Shown here piece after piece: positions 57,501 through 61,268 of a DNA stretch of 61,268 nt. Below the pieces are notes generated by a model. It saw only the letters and a list, made by a program, of their open reading frames with translations, made no database searches and was not told the origin of the DNA. The stretch is from positions 1-61,268 of the forward strand of contig JASJQH010000007.1 in NCBI GenBank assembly GCA_040143965.1, given 5' to 3'. The stretch's first letter is position 1. Every line of letters begins with the position of its first letter. Source of the stretch: Basidiobolus ranarum. Taxonomy: Eukaryota. A program made the translations under genes and the position numbers.

Positions 57501-57963
57501 ACACCCAATCGTTTACTTCTTTCTCATCCCCTGCCTGAATATAAAAGCGATTGGCACCGGATGTATTTAATGCGAATACATTATCTCTTTTTTTCTTCAA
57601 GGTTCCAATCACCTCTATAACAGAATCGGTAATGTTTAAAAAATTGGGGGAGTTTTGTGAGCATATTGCTTCAATATCGTCGATTGTGTGCGTTTTGTCC
57701 ACCTTCCAAAAAACCAGGGTTGGTCCTCGAAGTTCCACATACCATCTAGTCCAGTCCTTCATGGAGTAGTTTTTCCCTTCAGGTGTAGTTTCATTCTTTT
57801 TGTTTAAGAAACCTGACATATATAATTTACTGTTGAACCCATCATAGTAAGGAACGATCGAAAGAACATCTGGGGGAATTTCGGCTTCACCATGATTAAT
57901 ATAACCACTTGGACTTTGTGGAGTGGAATTAGATGAAGAACGGGAATGTGTGAGTGAAGTCAT
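54571..57963 (-). CDS. Skg3/Caf120-like tandem-PH protein, 1130 aa, intronless, with a C-terminal winged-helix-like domain
   Basis: LYMSGFLNKKN...WTRWYVELRGPTLVFW...PNFLNITDS...NVFALNTSGANRFY...WVCAIYLSCYEYSKLHEMFT, a second PH-like unit ending WLISSFDAYRLLGRP, a long disordered linker, then an about 80-aa folded tail. Confidence 0.8.
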   Translation of the reverse strand: MTSLTHSRSSSNSTPQSPSGYINHGEAEIPPDVLSIVPYYDGFNSKLYMSGFLNKKNETTPEGKNYSMKDWTRWYVELRGPTLVFWKVDKTHTIDDIEAICSQNSPNFLNITDSVIEVIGTLKKKRDNVFALNTSGANRFYIQAGDEKEVNDWVCAIYLSCYEYSKLHEMFTYVLLTRPEYADMFYTYHTSMEGDLEIKYPGSAQWKKYWAILDNSPGTTPDFAQVLLYENKKSQPAIIISKVTQAYVIFPDNPLEVEQSTIFKLEGLVHFMQPSKNQKDCGFILINAPTQKELAEWLISSFDAYRLLGRPEQLFIPPAPADEQSLFLQLEDVSNISIKNASLAYTKSRFNDIFYYQMHREFQEEDQQLTDQLEDMYIETGNTEDSDKTKSLESPSCSEMDLASPSNELDYENEQQVPENEIMETQIESEEILKEELGIKPRKSGKYKNKKSHGILPSDSEEEEDEEVIHSDNESEDGNTSIATDSNQPESDSTAHSNKPKSIITAPPRPRQSLSENHSSERLSHSGSQRSSSVPYSPHPISSNNSDTVSVESPDHREPRGLSPSGYAPYPPRVRYSGSTSSGSLSEEALHNIAGGYRNNSYSQADVHGDAYRRESSQHRFSGMIPEDHDSYPYGEGEPNSPPLSVDRRREQIEHQRMMAMNSNEFGFDGDNYYEERPVYPPRPPGLIAQYEAAKQAQKDQPRYGPLIHGIPNKKKHVNSSAAGLVGAIAARQQVKAAPRYTNANSGSAMVELEKQRGRAMEREKERMIQEQRQQILHREEMLRRQSRGNSTYRDMRSQSAYGVSMVSGRNYDTRLSMHQMPQMKHMSSLPTPQQMSRPTSLYPRRLPDNDNQSLARTYNRHSMYPIQPRSQVVHPNRHSQFGTHSVPNVSLPNGYPSGAPIQRNMRMSVPPQMKMDALSPQMQQHPSFHARHSFVDPQTTNGVYQNHPLHSQQARTASSSMGNLKLPMSAGSNGHMYSSSTIASNNTPAISSRNPPELHSPNVNPNFSNNNTTHAKSNNYLSPPVIPEGGSEVSNDSNDEQLKEQEQSFNEFVDECIEVKPYSYVSSPILYDAYLKWCRSHKIKNRLIASPAEIEDLMSDSGFVKKKRRASKHGSASGNEEEWYNIIIV

Positions 57964-59010
57964 TATTGAAATAGCGAGATGCTTGTTGCTAAAGAACCGT
58001 TAATAAAAGTTTATATTAGTATGATATCCGCTACTGTCAGAGAAGATGCTCTCCTCCAAAAAGACTGAGTTTGAGTAGTTACCTTTGCTGTACAATCAAC
58101 TATATCTGTAATTGTTAATCGAGTCAGAAAAAACCCCATCTACTCTTTATAAAATAAAAATACCTCAAATCAAAATAAACTCTGAGTTGGTATCGTCTTG
58201 ATTATCTATGAAAGAAAGAAGATTAGGCCAACAGTCGGCTGCATGAAGATTTTAAAGCAGTTTGATAAAGAAGATGTGAAGCAAAACTGAATGCCCTTTA
58301 TCATGAAATATCTTAGGGAAAACCCACCACGCTAAACCAACAGAGTATCCGGAGTCAAGTGAATATGGAAATATCGAATAGCGTCTCAAAGCAGCAGAGG
58401 TCAGAAGAGAAGGCAGTATTTAATGTAGAAAGATACACAGATGTAACACGAATTTGTGATTAATATAAGAGGTTAAAAGAACAAGTTCAATTTAAAAGAC
58501 AAATTAAATGTGCTAAGGAGAGGTGCGAAATCGGCAGAGAGGGCGTAGCGACCTTTTGTTCATTGACAGAAGGAAAATGGCAAAATATTTGTTACTGATA
58601 ATTACGAATTCTCATATTTCACAGTATTCGCACAGCATATACTTTCAGATCTTATTAATTATAAACAGAGAAATCCTATTCTGACAATTTTTTGCTCCCA
58701 AATATAGCTAAACCCAAAGATCTATCGAACATCAAACTAAAATGGCAATGAGCCAGAAATAAAAACAATCGCTATGCAACGCGGAAATATCCGCCGATTG
58801 CATCGAGGAGATGTACATTGAAAAGCGAAGATTCCTATTGATCCGCTCGGCACTTACTGATCTTGCTCGCATTTCTGTCACTTCGACTGTTAATCTACTT
58901 CATGTGGTGAAGATCCATCACTTGCCTAATTTCATATTGAATATTATGTGAACCGATTGTCCGTTCAACGTTTCCACTGCAGGATTCAGGATGCCTATGC
59001 CGCGTATGTG

Positions 59011-59065
59011 TATAGTATAGTATATTATAGTATAGTATTGTATTATATTGTATTGTATTGTATAC
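59011..59065. repeat. Pentanucleotide microsatellite (TATAG/TATTG)n
   Basis: TATAGTATAGTATATTATAGTATAGTATTGTATTATATTGTATTGTATTGTATAC. Confidence 0.85.
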
Positions 59066-59339
59066 TTGTGCATTTAATGAATTGCTAGGGTTAGGGTGAT
59101 ATGATGCTAAAGTAAGGTAAGGTAAGCTTAATGCTCCGAAAATGTGAACCAAACGGGAGATGGACTAGAACTCATAGATATAGTAATCACCTGATATTGA
59201 GATAGCCATATACTTCAATGCTAAGCTATGTAGCCAGACAGCTATCTCGGTTGTAAATACATGATATATTGGCTAGTAAACGACTTTTATTAACATCTAG
59301 TTCTTAATAGGTGGGAATTTAAATTTCAAGATCTTAGGG

Positions 59340-59690
59340 TTATTCAATTTGGAAATAGTGACTGTAACGTTCGTCACCGGTATCAGCAACGATTCTAACT
59401 GCATACTTTTCTCCGGGGCTTAAATCTGACGGAACTTTCCAGAGATACGACTCTTCGTTAGCATCCACATCCCTTGCTATAGTGCGCGATAATGCAAGGT
59501 TGTTGACGGGCCCTTCACGAAGCTCAATAACGAGAGATGTTGCTAATTCTTCCTCAGTCACAAACCATTCAATATCGACGAATTTTCCACGAGTCCACTT
59601 GGTAGCAGCAACTGGACTGGTGATGCTCATATCAGCTTTAGTTAGAGCTGCCATGGCAAGAAGAGTAGCCAAACAGAATGATTTAAGCAT
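59340..59690 (-). CDS. Small secreted Kre9/Knh1-N-like Ig-fold protein, copy 1 (116 aa)
   Basis: Signal peptide followed by SITSP...W.RG..V.IEW...IELREGP..NL.L...IA.DVDA...SY.W.VP.DL.PG.KY..R.....YSHYF.I; upstream TATAAA. Confidence 0.85.
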   Translation of the reverse strand: MLKSFCLATLLAMAALTKADMSITSPVAATKWTRGKFVDIEWFVTEEELATSLVIELREGPVNNLALSRTIARDVDANEESYLWKVPSDLSPGEKYAVRIVADTGDERYSHYFQIE

Positions 59691-60196
59691 ATTGGGAAGA
59701 TAAGCTAAAGTCGATTGAATATTGTCAAAGGAACGCTGTCTTTATAAACCTTTACTGACCAGATAAATATCATTTACAGTATAATTCGATAAATGTAAAG
59801 GCCATTGTAGGAAGTTAACCACAGAAATTTCCTATCTTGCATATTCTTCGCTCTATAAATGAATACAGATGCATACATTAAATTCCGAACCCTAACTATA
59901 TTCGACTTTCTATTCCATGGTTGATTAGATGAATATGTTATATTATCTGAAGTATCCATAGAAATGCTTATTCGGATTACTGATTATTGTAGAGCAGTAA
60001 GGAGTGCTATATATGGTGCATGGGATAGCCAAGAGAATAACCACACCAACGAGAGACTAACAGCATATCAATGTAGAGTTAAATGTAAGTTGTTCAACAT
60101 CGCTTTATTTCTGTATTATGTAATTGTAGATTAATGGTATATTGCTCACATTTGCTTAGTAATGACCACATATTGGTGATCAGCACTGGTACATTC

Positions 60197-60550
60197 TTAG
60201 TTGATCTTGAAGTAGTGACTATAACGATCAGCTCCTTTGTCAGTGACAACACGGATAGAATACTTCTCCCCAGGCTCCAAGTCTTCGGGCACTGACCAGT
60301 CGAAGGACTCTTCGTTAGCATCCACATCAGTTGCGATCACAGTAGTCAGCGCCAAGTTAGCCTTTGGACCTTCACGGAGTTCGATGGTGACAGTTTCAGC
60401 AAGGTCAGCTGCATCAATAGTCCATTCAATGGTCACTTCTTCACCACGATCCCACTCAGCATGCTCTACTGGGTGAGTGATGGAGACCTCGGCTGAAATG
60501 GCCAGGAAGAATGTGAATAGAGCTATAAGCAATAAGAATTTTCTAATCAT
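60197..60550 (-). CDS. Small secreted Kre9/Knh1-N-like Ig-fold protein, copy 2 (117 aa, acidic)
   Basis: Signal peptide and the same domain as copy 1; upstream TATATATAA. Confidence 0.85.
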   Translation of the reverse strand: MIRKFLLLIALFTFFLAISAEVSITHPVEHAEWDRGEEVTIEWTIDAADLAETVTIELREGPKANLALTTVIATDVDANEESFDWSVPEDLEPGEKYSIRVVTDKGADRYSHYFKIN

Positions 60551-61075
60551 TGTAAAGATGATTTTTGAATATTCGTTGAGCCTGTTATATATAGTTTTTA
60601 CTGAAATGTAGTTTCATATAATCCTGCTTTTCCTTTACATTCAACTCAATATGACTATTTAGAATTGTTCCCTAACCAAAACCCGAGTAATATTTAGGCA
60701 TCGGAGTGTTGTTGAATAGCCCAATTTTTGAACTTCTTGAAAGAGGGTTTGGCTTAGGGGATTGCATTACCGAGCTTTGAGCAAAATATATTTGCAATTC
60801 TCTTCATTCTTCATCGACTTTAGCATAACATTATGTAGACTCCTTAATATACCTAGTTATTGATCATCTAACCCCTACTCCGAGGCATTACGCAGGGTGA
60901 TTGCAGTCGCTCAAATATACTAAATGAATAATCCACAAGCAGCAGGAATGCTAGGAATTAATATACGCACAATGTACAATATCCATTGGCAATGTACTTT
61001 TAGTTTGTCTTAAAGAAATTATATAAAGTCTTGCGTTTCGCGTACTATATGCTTAAGCAAAAAATCCATTTCAAT

Positions 61076-61268
61076 ATGCGCACTTTCAACATTATCAGCT
61101 TTCTGTCCTTCTTGTTATTAGCAATCGTGTATGTCAGTGCAGAAGTGTCTATCACTCACCCAGTAGAGCATGCTGAGTGGGATCGTGGTGAAGAAGTGAC
61201 CATTGAATGGACTATTGATGCAGCTGACCTTGCTGAAACTGTCACCATCGAACTACGTGAAGGTCCAA
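61076..61268 (+). CDS. Small secreted Kre9/Knh1-N-like protein, copy 3 (runs off the window end; absent from the ORF track)
   Basis: MRTFNIISFLSFLLLAIVYVSAEVSITHPVEHAEWDRGEEVTIEWTIDAADLAETVTIELREGP...; TATATAAA at about 61020. Confidence 0.85.
   Translation, partial: MRTFNIISFLSFLLLAIVYVSAEVSITHPVEHAEWDRGEEVTIEWTIDAADLAETVTIELREGP

Overview
Gene-dense, intron-rich eukaryotic DNA. The short introns, CSN8, full-length folliculin and Kre9-like Ig proteins suggest an early-diverging fungus (inferred, not proven). I count about 23 protein genes or gene fragments: a 5'-truncated Sos7-like kinetochore gene, ammonium transporter, CSN8, PPR protein, small RRM-like protein, VPS35, bacterial-type dicarboxylate/amino-acid symporter, ZIP zinc transporter, F-box/LRR protein, folliculin, ITPase, a secreted orphan, D-2-hydroxyglutarate/D-lactate dehydrogenase, PA2G4/Cdb4, YHM2 carrier, a SERTA/IER-like small protein, AlaRS, bL9m, frataxin, two convergent VPS15 paralogs, a Skg3/Caf120-like PH protein and three secreted Kre9-like Ig-domain genes. 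A decayed, CpG-free Ty1/copia relic (LTR, PBS, gag and an inverted second LTR) lies at 2.7-4.1 kb. The most notable observations are: (1) one VPS15 copy lacks a contiguous block of about 19 internal introns but keeps the introns on both flanks; (2) copia gag is fused in frame to the spliced 3' exons of the kinetochore gene; (3) an unannotated three-exon SERTA/IER-like gene; (4) a D5/RFX-like winged-helix tail on the PH protein; (5) near-identity confined to the mature domain of two head-to-head secreted-protein genes. I found no rRNA, tRNA or CRISPR array. All family calls come from motif recognition by eye, with no database searches, and exon boundaries are manual.
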